Assembly: GCA_046543065.1 (NCBI GenBank)
Contig: JBKHAE010000048.1
Coordinates: 1 to 25,754, forward strand
Direction of reading: 5' to 3'
DNA from: Desulfobacterales bacterium
GTDB taxonomy: Bacteria; Desulfobacterota; Desulfobacteria; Desulfobacterales; Desulfosalsimonadaceae
DNA length: 25,754 bases
A program made the translations under genes and the position numbers. This document shows positions 15,742 through 25,076 of this stretch, piece by piece; position 1 is the stretch's first letter; the number at the start of each line of letters is the position of its first letter. The notes beneath the pieces were generated by a model. The model had not been told where the DNA came from, searched no databases, and saw nothing but the letters and a program-made list of their open reading frames with translations.

Positions 15742-16288
15742 GGATTTCTTTCTCTTTTTCCTTGTAGATATCGTCCACCTGATTTATATGCTCATCCGTC
15801 AATTTCTGGACATCCTCCTGGGCCTTGAACACATCGTCCTCCGAGGCATCGCCGTCTTTTTTGAGCTGTTTTAACATGTCATTGGCGTCCCGGCGGATAT
15901 TGCGGATGGCCACACGGTAGTCTTCGCACATTTTATTGACTTGTTTGACGATATCCTTGCGACGCTCCTCGGTAAGCGGCGGAATGTTGATCCGGATGAT
16001 TTTGCCGTCATTGGAGGGGGTCAGGCCGAGGTTGGATTTTAAAATCGCCTTTTCAATGCTGTTGACCGAAGACACATCCCATGGCTGAATGGTAATCAGG
16101 CGGCTCTCGGGCACGGACAGTGTGGCCAGCTGGTTTAGGGGGGTCATGGTGCCGTAATACTCCACCCTGATATCATCAAGCAGACTAAGCGATGCCCGGC
16201 CGGTGCGGATCTTTTTCAATTCACTTTTCAGCGAATTGATCGACTTGCCCATTTTCTCCTTGGCTTCTTCCTTGACTTCGTCAATCAT
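15731..16288 (-). CDS. frr: Ribosome recycling factor
   Basis: 185 aa with typical RRF sequence (IRTGRASLSLLDDIRVEYYG, LTEERRKD). ATG at 16288. Confidence 0.95.
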   Translation of the reverse strand: MIDEVKEEAKEKMGKSINSLKSELKKIRTGRASLSLLDDIRVEYYGTMTPLNQLATLSVPESRLITIQPWDVSSVNSIEKAILKSNLGLTPSNDGKIIRINIPPLTEERRKDIVKQVNKMCEDYRVAIRNIRRDANDMLKQLKKDGDASEDDVFKAQEDVQKLTDEHINQVDDIYKEKEKEILEL

Positions 16289-16314
16289 AGCGTTATCACC
16301 CCGTCTTTCTTTTG

Positions 16315-17043
16315 TTAGACCGGATCCGGCTCATAGATTTTGGTGCCGATTTTTTCGCCGGTGAGCACCCGCATAATATTGCCTTTTATTTTTAAATTAA
16401 ACACAATCAAAAGCAGCTGGTTGTTCATGGCCAGCGAAATCGCTGTGGTGTCCATCACCTTGAGGCGGCGGTTTAGAACATCCATGTAATTGATTTCCTC
16501 TATAAACACGGCCGACTTGTTCCCCACCGGATCTGAATCATAGACCCCGTCCACCTTGGTGGCCTTCAGCAAAACATCCGCATGGATTTCCTCGGCTCTT
16601 AATACCGATGCCGTATCCGTGGTAAAATAGGGATTGCCGGTGCCGGCTGCAAAAATCACCACCCGGCCTTTTTCCAGATGCCGGATGGCCCGCCGCCGGA
16701 TATAGGGCTCCGCCATCTGATGCATGGATATGGCCGACTGGACCCGCGTGGGGATGCCCGTCCGCTCCAGGGCATCCTGGAGCGCCAGACTGTTCATCAC
16801 GGTGGCCAGCATCCCGAGATAATCCCCGGAGGCCCGGTCCATCCCCTGGGAAGCCGCCGCCATTCCCCGGAATATGTTGCCGCCGCCCACCACAATCGCG
16901 ATCTGCGTGCCGGTATCATGGGCGTCCTTTACCTCATCAGCCATATACTGAAGCGTCTCCGGGCTGATGCCGTAGGTAAGGTCGCCCATAAGGGCTTCGC
17001 CGCTTAACTTGAGTATAACCCGTTTATAAAGGGATCTGGCCAC
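16315..17043 (-). CDS. pyrH: UMP kinase
   Basis: ILKLSGEAL and [10 protein letters not shown] motifs. GTG start at 17043, 6 nt after the tsf stop. Confidence 0.95.
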   Translation of the reverse strand: MARSLYKRVILKLSGEALMGDLTYGISPETLQYMADEVKDAHDTGTQIAIVVGGGNIFRGMAAASQGMDRASGDYLGMLATVMNSLALQDALERTGIPTRVQSAISMHQMAEPYIRRRAIRHLEKGRVVIFAAGTGNPYFTTDTASVLRAEEIHADVLLKATKVDGVYDSDPVGNKSAVFIEEINYMDVLNRRLKVMDTTAISLAMNNQLLLIVFNLKIKGNIMRVLTGEKIGTKIYEPDPV

Positions 17044-17049
17044 GTCTTC

Positions 17050-17646
17050 TTACCCGCCTATCTGAAATCGGGCAAACCGGTTAATGGTAATCTTCTCCCC
17101 GGTCCTGGCAATCATCTCGTTTAGATAATCGGATACCGTCAAATCGGTATTCCTGACATAGAGCTGATTCATCAGGCAGTTTTCTTTGTAGAACTTGTTC
17201 ATCTTGCCTTCAACGATCTTTTCGAGCATATTCTCCGGCTTGCCCATGTCCTGGGCCTGCTGACGGTAGATGGCGCGTTCCTTTTCCGCCTCTGATTCCG
17301 GCACATCTTCCGGCACGATCCCCAGGGGGCTGGAGGCCGCGATATGCATGGCGAGGTTTTTGGCAAATTCCTTGAAATCATCGGTTTTTGCCACAAAATC
17401 GGTCTCGCAGTTGACTTCAACGAGCACCCCGATCTTTCCGCCCATATGAATATAGGATTGCACAACCCCTTCAGAAGCCACCCGATCCGCCCTTTTCTTG
17501 GCTGTGGCCAATCCTTTCTTGCGCAAATAATCCGCCGCCTTGTCCAGATCGGCGTCGCACTCGCTGAGCGCCTCCTTACAATCCATAATACCTGCCCCGG
17601 ACCGCTCCCGGAGCTGTTTTACCAAATCCGCACTAATGGTCGCCAT
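17050..17646 (-). CDS. tsf: Translation elongation factor Ts (short ~200-aa form)
   Basis: N-terminal UBA-like block VKQLRERSGAGIMDCKEAL, then EGVVQSYIHMGGKIGVLVEVNCETDFV. SD AGGAG lies 8 nt upstream of ATG 17646. Confidence 0.93.
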   Translation of the reverse strand: MATISADLVKQLRERSGAGIMDCKEALSECDADLDKAADYLRKKGLATAKKRADRVASEGVVQSYIHMGGKIGVLVEVNCETDFVAKTDDFKEFAKNLAMHIAASSPLGIVPEDVPESEAEKERAIYRQQAQDMGKPENMLEKIVEGKMNKFYKENCLMNQLYVRNTDLTVSDYLNEMIARTGEKITINRFARFQIGG

Positions 17647-17669
17647 AACTTTTTCTCCTGTTTAAAGCA

Positions 17670-17687
17670 CCCGCCGATATCGGCGGG
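17670..17687 (-). promoter_or_regulatory. Perfect palindrome/hairpin in the rpsB-tsf intercistronic region (attenuator or mRNA-stability element)
   Basis: CCCGCCGATATCGGCGGG is an 18-nt perfect palindrome (7-bp GC stem with ATAT loop). On the transcript it is followed by UGCUUUAAAC, only a weak U tract, and then the tsf SD. Confidence 0.5.
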
Positions 17688-17725
17688 GCATATCAACGCT
17701 TGTTAATATTTAAAAATATCTAATT

Positions 17726-18649
17726 CTAATCTGCTTCTCCGTTGCTTGATGGCTCCTCACCGCCAACAGCGGGGTCTTCAGATTCGCCCGGCTCAACTTG
17801 TTCGCTTGGCTCGGCCGGATTGGATGCCCCCTTGCGGATCACCTCAACCACCGGGCCTTCCGTGCCGTCCGAAATAATCCGGCGCTCCTTCTGCCCGGAT
17901 GCCGCTTCTTCTGCCTCTTTCACGGCCTCCTCACCCTTGTCGGATTCCGCCTGGGCGCGCTCCTCCCGGCGATGCATGCCTTCTATACAGGCTTCCGCAA
18001 TTCGCGAGGTCAGCAGATTAATCGCCCGGATGGCATCATCGTTGCCGGGCACCACGTAATCAATGACATCCGGATCACAGTTGGTGTCCACCACGGCCAC
18101 AATCGGAATACCAAGGCGCCTGCCCTCATGGACGGCAATGGACTCCTTTTTCGGATCAATAATGAAAATGGCCTTCGGCAGGGACTTCATATTGCGGATC
18201 CCGCCCAGGTTGGCGTCCAGCTTGACCCGTTCCTTCTGCAGATAAAGCTGCTCCTTTTTGGGATACAGGCTGATGGAGCCGTCGTTTTCGATATTGTTCA
18301 GATAGTTTAGCCGGTCAATACTTTTCTTCACCGTCTGAAAATTGGTGAGCATGCCGCCCAGCCAGCGGTTATGCACGTAGAACATCTCACAGCGGTTGGC
18401 TTCCTCATAGATGGTTTCCCGGGCCTGTTTTTTGGTCCCTACAAAAAGGACCGAGCCCCCCTCCGCCACGGTGTCGGCCACAAAGTCGCAGGCGATCCTG
18501 AATTTTTTAACCGTCTGCTGCAGGTCGATAATGTAGATGCCGTTTCTTGCGCCGAAGATATATCTTTTCATCTTCGGGTTCCATCGCCGGGTCTGGTGGC
18601 CGAAGTGAACCCCGGCCTCGAGCAGTTCTTTCATGGTTACATAGTTCAT
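17726..18649 (-). CDS. rpsB: 30S ribosomal protein S2 with acidic low-complexity C-terminal tail
   Basis: [19 protein letters not shown] signature. Two in-frame ATGs occur at 18655 and 18649. AGGAG abuts the first and lies 6 nt from the second, so I prefer 18649. Confidence 0.95.
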   Translation of the reverse strand: MNYVTMKELLEAGVHFGHQTRRWNPKMKRYIFGARNGIYIIDLQQTVKKFRIACDFVADTVAEGGSVLFVGTKKQARETIYEEANRCEMFYVHNRWLGGMLTNFQTVKKSIDRLNYLNNIENDGSISLYPKKEQLYLQKERVKLDANLGGIRNMKSLPKAIFIIDPKKESIAVHEGRRLGIPIVAVVDTNCDPDVIDYVVPGNDDAIRAINLLTSRIAEACIEGMHRREERAQAESDKGEEAVKEAEEAASGQKERRIISDGTEGPVVEVIRKGASNPAEPSEQVEPGESEDPAVGGEEPSSNGEAD

Positions 18650-18810
18650 AAACATCTCCTTTTCTGGGTTTTACCGCCGTTCTGATCCTCCCGGCCGGCC
18701 GACTTGAAAACAAGCACCCGGCCCGCCGGTCCCAGAACGTGTGGATTGGCTTTTGATAAATTTATATTGGGTAACAAAAATTAATTTTCAGAGCAATGAA
18801 AAAACGAATT

Positions 18811-19698
18811 TTATGAATTTCTGCCGGCCACCACCACGCGGTCATAGCCGCTGTAATCTTTAATAACCTTGAAAAGTTGAATCCCCTCCACGGTCTCGAT
18901 CAAGCCCTGGAGCTTTTCAGCATGGCCGTTTCCGAATTCAAGCAGCAATCTGCCCTCCGGCGATAAATAGGCAGGTGCGGTTTCAATAATATGGCGGATG
19001 GCCCGCAATCCGTCTGCGCCGCCATCCAGAGCCAATAGCGGTTCATAGTTACAAATTTCCGGCGCCAGCCCGGAAATCTCGGCTGCCGGTATATAGGGTG
19101 GGTTGGAGACAATCAAGTCAAATTTAATATCCGGATGAATCGGCGCAAACCAGCTTCCGGCAAAAAAACCCACCTGATCCGCCAGTTGATTGCTTAGCGC
19201 ATTTTGCCGGGCAACAGCTAATCCAACAGGGTCCGCATCGGATGCATAAAACAGATGCCCCGGGCGGGCGGCGGCCAGGCTTAAAATAACAGCTCCGGAA
19301 CCGGTGCCAAGATCGAGAATCCGCAATTTACGCGCGTCTGTATTCTCAGGAATTAAATCCAGGGCGAATTCAACCAGCAGTTCGGTCTCCGGCCTCGGGA
19401 TCAGGACATTCGGGTCAACCGCCACCGTAATATCCCAGAAATCCTTATGTCCAAGAATATAGCCCACCGGCTCCCGCTTCAGGCGCCGCTTAATCAGCTG
19501 TTTGAACCCGGCCAGCTCTTCGGCTGTTAAGGGCTGATCAAACCGAGCGTACAGATCGATCCGCTCAATGCCCAAAACATGGGCCAACAGCAATTCAGCG
19601 GTTAAGCGGGAGCTGTCAATGGCATGGGATTTAAAATAGGCGGTGGTCCATTGAATCAGATCAAGGATGGTCCATTGGGAATCAGACGGCTTCTGCAT
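18811..19698 (-). CDS. prmC: Release factor glutamine N5-methyltransferase
   Basis: [11 protein letters not shown]-binding motif and NPPY catalytic motif (VSNPPYIP). The start is taken at ATG 19698 (MQKPSDSQW), overlapping the prfA end by 17 nt. The longer track ORF runs deep into prfA. Confidence 0.9.
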   Translation of the reverse strand: MQKPSDSQWTILDLIQWTTAYFKSHAIDSSRLTAELLLAHVLGIERIDLYARFDQPLTAEELAGFKQLIKRRLKREPVGYILGHKDFWDITVAVDPNVLIPRPETELLVEFALDLIPENTDARKLRILDLGTGSGAVILSLAAARPGHLFYASDADPVGLAVARQNALSNQLADQVGFFAGSWFAPIHPDIKFDLIVSNPPYIPAAEISGLAPEICNYEPLLALDGGADGLRAIRHIIETAPAYLSPEGRLLLEFGNGHAEKLQGLIETVEGIQLFKVIKDYSGYDRVVVAGRNS

Positions 19699-20755
19699 TC
19701 TGAAGGGCCTGCGTGCGAAAATAGGTGGCAAGCTCGTTGATGATTTCATCGAGTAGCTCGCCCTGGAGAATCTGGTCAAGCTTATAAAGGGTCAGCCCGA
19801 TGCGGTGGTCCGTGACCCGGCCCTGGGGGAAATTATAGGTGCGGATGCGCTCACTGCGATCCCCGGAGCCCACCTGGTTTTTGCGCTGCTGGGAAATCTC
19901 AGCCTGCTGCTGCTGGAGTTCCAAATCGTAGAGACGGGCGCGAAGCACCTTCATGGCCTTGGCCCGGTTTTTGTGCTGGGATTTTTCGTCCTGACAGGTC
20001 ACCACGATGCCGGTGGGCAGATGGGTCAGGCGCACCGCTGAATCCGTGGTGTTAACGGACTGGCCGCCAGGACCGGTGGAGCGGTAAACATCCATTTTAA
20101 TCTCATTGGGGTCAATGCTGATTTCCACATCTTCGATTTCCGGCAGAACCGCCACGGTGACGGCCGAGGTATGAATCCGGCCCTGGGTTTCGGTGACCGG
20201 CACCCGCTGCACCCGGTGGGTGCCGCTTTCGTATTTTAAGTGGCTGTAGGCGCCCCTGCCCTTGACCATGGCAACCATTTCCTTGATCCCGCCGCCATCA
20301 CTGTAATGCTCAGTCATGAGTTCGATCTTCCAGCCTTTGGATTCCGCGTACCGGCTATACATCCGGAACAGATCCGCGGCAAACAGCGCCGCCTCCTCCC
20401 CGCCGGTGCCGGCGCGGATTTCAAGGAGAACGTTTTTCTCATCATTCGGATCTTTGGGCGTTAAGAGCTCTTTTAAATCCTCTTCCATCTGTTCGGCGCG
20501 CCCGGAGAGATTCTCCACCTCAGTGCGGGCCAGCTCCTTCATTTCCGGGTCTTTGTCCGAGAGCAGATCCCGGCTTTGCTCAAGCTCTTCCAGGGTCTGC
20601 TTATAATTCCGGTAAACGGATACAATTTTGCCCAAATCGCTGTGCTCGCGCACGTACTGCGGATAAAGCTCCCGGTTTTGAACGATCTCCGGATCGCTCA
20701 ATAATGTTTCAAGCTCTTTATAACGCGCTTCAATGCCTTCCAGTTGCTCAAACAT
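19682..20755 (-). CDS. prfA: Peptide chain release factor 1
   Basis: GGQ motif ([18 protein letters not shown]) and the RF1-type P-x-T tripeptide (PVT). One uninterrupted frame. Confidence 0.95.
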   Translation of the reverse strand: MFEQLEGIEARYKELETLLSDPEIVQNRELYPQYVREHSDLGKIVSVYRNYKQTLEELEQSRDLLSDKDPEMKELARTEVENLSGRAEQMEEDLKELLTPKDPNDEKNVLLEIRAGTGGEEAALFAADLFRMYSRYAESKGWKIELMTEHYSDGGGIKEMVAMVKGRGAYSHLKYESGTHRVQRVPVTETQGRIHTSAVTVAVLPEIEDVEISIDPNEIKMDVYRSTGPGGQSVNTTDSAVRLTHLPTGIVVTCQDEKSQHKNRAKAMKVLRARLYDLELQQQQAEISQQRKNQVGSGDRSERIRTYNFPQGRVTDHRIGLTLYKLDQILQGELLDEIINELATYFRTQALQNAEAV

Positions 20756-20766
20756 AGATTTTCATA

Positions 20767-20805
20767 CCATAAAAAACAAAGAGCCTGTCCCGCTTGGGCC
20801 AGGCT
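20767..20805 (-). terminator. Intrinsic-terminator-like hairpin plus T tract downstream of rpmE and 15 nt upstream of the prfA start
   Basis: The minus strand reads AGCCTGGCC-CAAGCG-GGACAGGCT (9-position stem with one mismatch, 6-nt loop, + coords 20782-20805), followed by CTTTGTTTTTTATG. Confidence 0.55.
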
Positions 20806-20837
20806 TGGGTCTTTCCGTGCCAAAACACCGGGAAAGG

Positions 20838-21059
20838 CTATTTTTTCTTGCTTTGATCCTGATAGTTGCCGTATTTTCTGCGGAACCGCTCGATCCGGCC
20901 GGCAGAGTCGACCAGTTTCTGCTTGCCGGTATAAAACGGATGGCATTTGGAACAGATTTCCACCGAAATATTGTCCTTGGTGGAGCCAATCACCAATTCA
21001 TTGCCGCATGCACATCGAATGGTGGTTTCCTTGTAATCCGGATGGATTTCCTTTTTCAT
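20838..21059 (-). CDS. rpmE: 50S ribosomal protein L31 (Cys-containing, zinc-binding type)
   Basis: MKKEIHPDY start, CxC...CxxC (RCACG ... [10 protein letters not shown]). SD AGAGGTG upstream. Confidence 0.95.
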   Translation of the reverse strand: MKKEIHPDYKETTIRCACGNELVIGSTKDNISVEICSKCHPFYTGKQKLVDSAGRIERFRRKYGNYQDQSKKK

Positions 21060-21092
21060 ATGAACACCTCTTTTTGATTATTCACCATTATA

Positions 21093-22343
21093 TTATGAAT
21101 TCATGGAATCCAGAAATTCCTTGTTCGTTTTTGTGCCCTGCATTTTATCCAGTAAAAACTCCAGACTGTCAACAGGATTTAATGTGGCCAGAAGCTTTCT
21201 TAAAATCCAGACCCGGTTTAAAGCTTCCTGATCCAAAAGCAGTTCCTCCTTGCGGGTGGCGGATTTATTGAGGTCAATGGCCGGATACATCCGCCGGTCC
21301 GCCAGGCGGCGATCCAGCTGCACTTCCATGTTGCCGGTACCCTTAAACTCCTCGAAAATGACCTCATCCATTCGGCTGCCCGTATCCACCAGGGCGGTGG
21401 CGATAATCGAAAGGCTTCCGCCTTCCTCAACATTTCTGGCCGCACCGAAAAACCGCTTGGGCCGATGCAGGGCGTTGGAGTCCACACCACCGGATAAAAT
21501 CTTGCCGCTGGGCGGCATGACCGTATTGTATGCCCGGGCCAGCCGCGTAATGCTGTCCAGCAGTATAACCACGTTCTGCTTATGTTCAACCAGACGTTTG
21601 GCTTTTTCAATAACCATTTCCGCCACCTGGATATGACGTTCCGCCGGCTCGTCAAAAGTGGAACTCACCACTTCGGCATCAACCGAACGCTCCATGTCAG
21701 TGACCTCCTCCGGCCGCTCATCAATCAGCACCACAAAAGGCACGACATTCTTTTTGTGACTGGTGATGATGCTATTGGCGATATTTTTTAAAATCATCGT
21801 CTTACCGGCGCGGGGGGGTGAGACGATCAGCCCGCGCTGACCGAAGCCAAGCGGGGTCAAAAGATCCATAATCCGGGTGGTATAGTTGTCCCGGGCGGTT
21901 TCGAGCTTCATCTTCTTTGTGGGAAAGAGCGGGGTCAGATTGTCGAAAAGAATTTTTTCGCGGGCAAGTTCCGGCTCCTCAAAATTGATGGCCTCGACTT
22001 TGAGCAGGGCAAAATACCGCTCCGACTCCTTGGGCTGGCGGATCTGGCCGGACACCGTATCTCCGGTGCGCAGGTTGAACCGCCGGATCTGGGATGGTGA
22101 CACATAAATATCGTCAGGGCCCGGAAGGTAATTGCAATCCGGTGACCGCAGGAATCCAAACCCGTCGGGCAATACCTCCAGGGTCCCCTCCCCGTAGATA
22201 AACCCGTTTTGTTCGATATGAGCCTGCAGCAAAGAAAAAATCAGTTCCTGCTTTCGCATTCCCCCGGCGTTATCGATATTAAACTTTTTTGCCATCCGGG
22301 TCAGTTCATTGATCTTTTTGTTTTTTAATTCAACGACATTCAT
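21093..22343 (-). CDS. rho: Transcription termination factor Rho
   Basis: N-terminal insertion-free Rho architecture: GFGFLR RNP1-like RNA-binding motif, Walker A PPRAGKT, conserved C-terminal ATPase blocks. Confidence 0.97.
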   Translation of the reverse strand: MNVVELKNKKINELTRMAKKFNIDNAGGMRKQELIFSLLQAHIEQNGFIYGEGTLEVLPDGFGFLRSPDCNYLPGPDDIYVSPSQIRRFNLRTGDTVSGQIRQPKESERYFALLKVEAINFEEPELAREKILFDNLTPLFPTKKMKLETARDNYTTRIMDLLTPLGFGQRGLIVSPPRAGKTMILKNIANSIITSHKKNVVPFVVLIDERPEEVTDMERSVDAEVVSSTFDEPAERHIQVAEMVIEKAKRLVEHKQNVVILLDSITRLARAYNTVMPPSGKILSGGVDSNALHRPKRFFGAARNVEEGGSLSIIATALVDTGSRMDEVIFEEFKGTGNMEVQLDRRLADRRMYPAIDLNKSATRKEELLLDQEALNRVWILRKLLATLNPVDSLEFLLDKMQGTKTNKEFLDSMNS

Positions 22344-22672
22344 TAAACGATTACCTCGCCATCCTTTAAAATTAGATAAATAGACTATAAATTAGATTAT
22401 AAGATCGGTTTAGGTTGAGACGGATGCAGGCTTTATTTCCGACGGGCGCCGGTTTAACCTGAAACCTGCGCCGGACCGGCAGCCCCCTATGGATATTATA
22501 CCCCACAGACACAAACCAACTGACATTCTGTTGATACTGTAAGACCTGAATTCATGAGTTTTCTAAGGAACTATGCACCGCTCTGATTGATCGTATACGC
22601 AGCAATAGGATACGTACCATAGGCAGGTATTTTAATTTAAGCTAACTGCTTAAAGAACCCCTGTCAACAATT
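22344..22672 (-). promoter_or_regulatory. Long (about 330 nt) non-coding region upstream of rho: candidate promoter plus long leader
   Basis: No credible ORF. On the minus strand TTGACA (+ 22662-22667) is followed after 17 nt by TAGCTT (+ 22639-22644). Nested hairpin GGCGC-C-GGTTT-aacctg-AAACC-T-GCGCC at 22446-22473. SD GAGGT lies 10 nt before the ATG. Confidence 0.4.
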
Positions 22673-23302
22673 TTAGGTTTTTTTTACCCGCGCCATAAAC
22701 TTTTGATGAAATTGATCGACGGACTTAATGGTGTCTTCGATGCGGCCGGAATTATCAATGACGTAATCGGATCTTTTCTGCTTTTCTTCCTCGGGCCACT
22801 GAATCCGCATTAAGGCCTCGGCGTCCTCCCGGCTTATCCGATCCCGCGCCATAAGCCGCCTGATCCGCTCTTCCCGATCAACGCTGATGGTTAGAATATA
22901 GTCGAAATAGCCTTCCATGCCCGCTTCAAACAAGAGCGGCACTTCCACCGCGACCACCTCGGCGCCGGCTTCAGCGGCGGCCATATAATCCTCGGCCATC
23001 AGGCGGAAGACTTCGGGATGGACAAAACTCTCAAGGGTCTGCTTTTTTTCCTGATCCCTTAAAATCACCTGACGCAGCCTTGCCCGATTGATGCGCTTAT
23101 CCTCATCCAGAATCCCGGTGCCAAAGTTTTCTAAGATCTTTTCATAGGCCGGCATACCGGGCAGCACAGCGCGGCGGGCCAGTTCATCCGCCAGGATGAC
23201 GCTTACGCCATGGGAGCGTAGCCGTTCACACACAATGCTTTTGCCGGAACCGGCGCCGCCGGTCACCCCCAGGCGAAGCGGCTGGCTGCTGTTTTCCCCC
23301 AT
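22673..23302 (-). CDS. coaE: Dephospho-CoA kinase
   Basis: P-loop GVTGGAGSGKS about 10 residues after ATG 23302, giving a 209-aa product of typical CoaE size. The track ORF continues 112 codons further upstream without family similarity. Confidence 0.85.
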   Translation of the reverse strand: MGENSSQPLRLGVTGGAGSGKSIVCERLRSHGVSVILADELARRAVLPGMPAYEKILENFGTGILDEDKRINRARLRQVILRDQEKKQTLESFVHPEVFRLMAEDYMAAAEAGAEVVAVEVPLLFEAGMEGYFDYILTISVDREERIRRLMARDRISREDAEALMRIQWPEEEKQKRSDYVIDNSGRIEDTIKSVDQFHQKFMARVKKT

Positions 23303-23522
23303 GTCTGAATTCAGCCTTTCATTGAAAATCTCAACGGTCTCAGTGTATAAATGAAAAAGGCGGCGGGGATTGTATACGGTTTTTACCGGGAACTGATTGA
23401 GACTGTCCGATGCCGCCGCATCAAAAAAACCGCTTAACACCGGGCTTCTGTGAATAAAGTTTAAAAAAGAGGTTGTCATAATAAATAATGGCATCCAAAT
23501 CAATAAAAAATTAATCGACTTG

Positions 23523-24920
23523 ATGAAAAATTCCAAAAAAAATCCGATGATGAGGCTGCCCCGAGTGATACCCCCTGCGCCGGGTGCCTTTTTAGTCGGC
23601 GGAACGGTTCGGGATATGCTGCTAGGCAGACAGCCCACGGACTATGATATCGCCGCGCCAAAACCTTGTGAATCCCTGGCCCGGCAGATTGCTGAAAATA
23701 CAGGCAGCCGAATGATCGTACTTGGCAAGCCGTATTTTTCAATATACCGAATTGTTTCCGGCAAATTGACATTTGATGTGGCCCCGCTTGAAGGAGGCAG
23801 TATTTATGAAGATTTAAAACGGCGGGACTTTACCCTTAATGCCATGGCATGGGACCTGACAGAAAACCGGCTCATTGATATTTTTAACGGGAAGACAGAC
23901 CTTAAAGCACGGCTTATCCGGATGGTCTCTGAAGAAAACCTTCGGGACGATCCGGTACGGCTGCTCCGGGCATTCAGGCATGCCGCCCTGTTAGGGTTTG
24001 AAATCGAGGCGCCCACCAAAGCCGCAATTAGCCGGCATGCCGGCCGAATCAAGCATACGGCGGGCGAACGGGTCAGGGAAGAACTGATAAAACTGCTGTC
24101 CTGTCCGCAAAGCCACTCCCGCCTGCGTGAAATGGATGAGACCGGACTTCTCACTGAAATATTTGACGAACTGCAGCCGTTAAAAACCTGCACACAGAAT
24201 GCCCATCACGCTTTTGACGCATTTGAACACACCATGGCGGCTTACTTTCAGCTTGAAAAGCTTCTGCGTTCTCTGGACACGATGTTTGAAAAAGCCTCGG
24301 TTCTGCCGACCCCCCTGCTTCATGATCCGACCCGCTTAAAACTGGCGATGCTTTTGCATGATATCGGCAAACCCCGGGCCCTCACCACGGATAAAGGCGA
24401 CGCCGTCCATTTTTATAACCATGAAGCCCTGGGCGCGGATATGCTCCGCCCCATCAGCCGACGGCTAAAACTTTCAAACGAATGGGCCGCCTACCTGGAT
24501 TTTATCATCCGAAACCATTTAAGACCGCTGCACCTGTTTATGGCGCATCAGCAGCAAACCCTGACGTGCAAGGGCATTGCCCGCTTTTTTATGAAATCCC
24601 GGGGCCCTGTCGTTGATCTGCTGGTGCACGCCATGGCTGATGCCCGGGGCAAAAAGAATGAGGAACGGCTGACGGAATCGTTTGAACGCTTCTGCCGGGA
24701 TCTCGTGCATGCCTATGTATTTGACTTTGCAGAAAAAGCCAAACAGCCGCCCCTGATAAACGGCCATGACCTGATCAGAGAACTCAATCTGCCCCCCTCG
24801 CCGCTGTTTTCAAAAGTGCTTGCCCGTGTTGAAGAAAAACGGCTGGTCGGCCGCCTCCACACCCGGACCGAAGCACTGGAATGGATTAAAAATTTTATTA
24901 AACGCCACAACCTTACTTGA
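23523..24920 (+). CDS. cca: CCA-adding tRNA nucleotidyltransferase / poly(A) polymerase family protein with HD domain
   Basis: GGTVRDMLLG...DYD nucleotidyltransferase head motif, RRDFTLNAM block, HD motif LLHDIGKP. The start is uncertain: TTG 23520, ATG 23523, or ATG 23547/23550. Confidence 0.85.
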   Translation: MKNSKKNPMMRLPRVIPPAPGAFLVGGTVRDMLLGRQPTDYDIAAPKPCESLARQIAENTGSRMIVLGKPYFSIYRIVSGKLTFDVAPLEGGSIYEDLKRRDFTLNAMAWDLTENRLIDIFNGKTDLKARLIRMVSEENLRDDPVRLLRAFRHAALLGFEIEAPTKAAISRHAGRIKHTAGERVREELIKLLSCPQSHSRLREMDETGLLTEIFDELQPLKTCTQNAHHAFDAFEHTMAAYFQLEKLLRSLDTMFEKASVLPTPLLHDPTRLKLAMLLHDIGKPRALTTDKGDAVHFYNHEALGADMLRPISRRLKLSNEWAAYLDFIIRNHLRPLHLFMAHQQQTLTCKGIARFFMKSRGPVVDLLVHAMADARGKKNEERLTESFERFCRDLVHAYVFDFAEKAKQPPLINGHDLIRELNLPPSPLFSKVLARVEEKRLVGRLHTRTEALEWIKNFIKRHNLT

Positions 24921-24964
24921 CCTAAATTGTATCTGCGGCAAACTTGAAAATCGCTCAATTTAGG
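24921..24964. repeat. 9-bp perfect inverted repeat between the cca stop and the candidate adk promoter
   Basis: CCTAAATTG (24921-24929) and CAATTTAGG (24956-24964) with a 26-nt spacer. The right arm abuts TTGACA. Confidence 0.6.
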
Positions 24965-24993
24965 TTGACAAGGCGGGATGTTTCTATTATGAG
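24965..24993 (+). promoter_or_regulatory. Candidate sigma70-type promoter for adk
   Basis: TTGACA at 24965-24970, a 17-nt spacer, then TATGAG at 24988-24993. SD AAGGAGAG lies upstream of ATG 25077. Hexamer match only. Confidence 0.35.
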
Positions 24994-25076
24994 AATAGTT
25001 TTATCAAATTTTTTGTAAATTAAGCAATAAAGGGTTTATTCGGGATTTATCGCTATTTAAAAAAGGAGAGAGCCTC

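Noticed and set aside
19682-20755. Programmed +1 frameshift as seen in release factor genes.
   Set aside because: That feature belongs to prfB (RF2). This gene is RF1 (PVT tripeptide) and is a single uninterrupted frame.
22344-22672. tRNA, SRP RNA, 6S or other known structured RNA gene in the large coaE-rho gap. The 23303-23522 and 18656-18810 gaps were also checked.
   Set aside because: No T-loop (GGTTCGA/GTTCRANYC) or acceptor-stem pairing, no SRP-like GGAAG/AGCAG helix-8 motif, and no long terminal pairing typical of 6S RNA could be seen by eye. A covariance-model scan would be the decisive test.
23303-23638. 112-codon N-terminal extension of the coaE ORF, overlapping the cca start region on the other strand.
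   Set aside because: The CoaE P-loop begins about 10 residues after ATG 23302, giving a normal 209-aa protein. The extension has no family similarity, about 43% GC and lower third-position GC than the gene body (29/59 counted for the segment from Met54), and no SD at the alternative ATG 23479. A short extension or leader peptide cannot be fully excluded without Ribo-seq.
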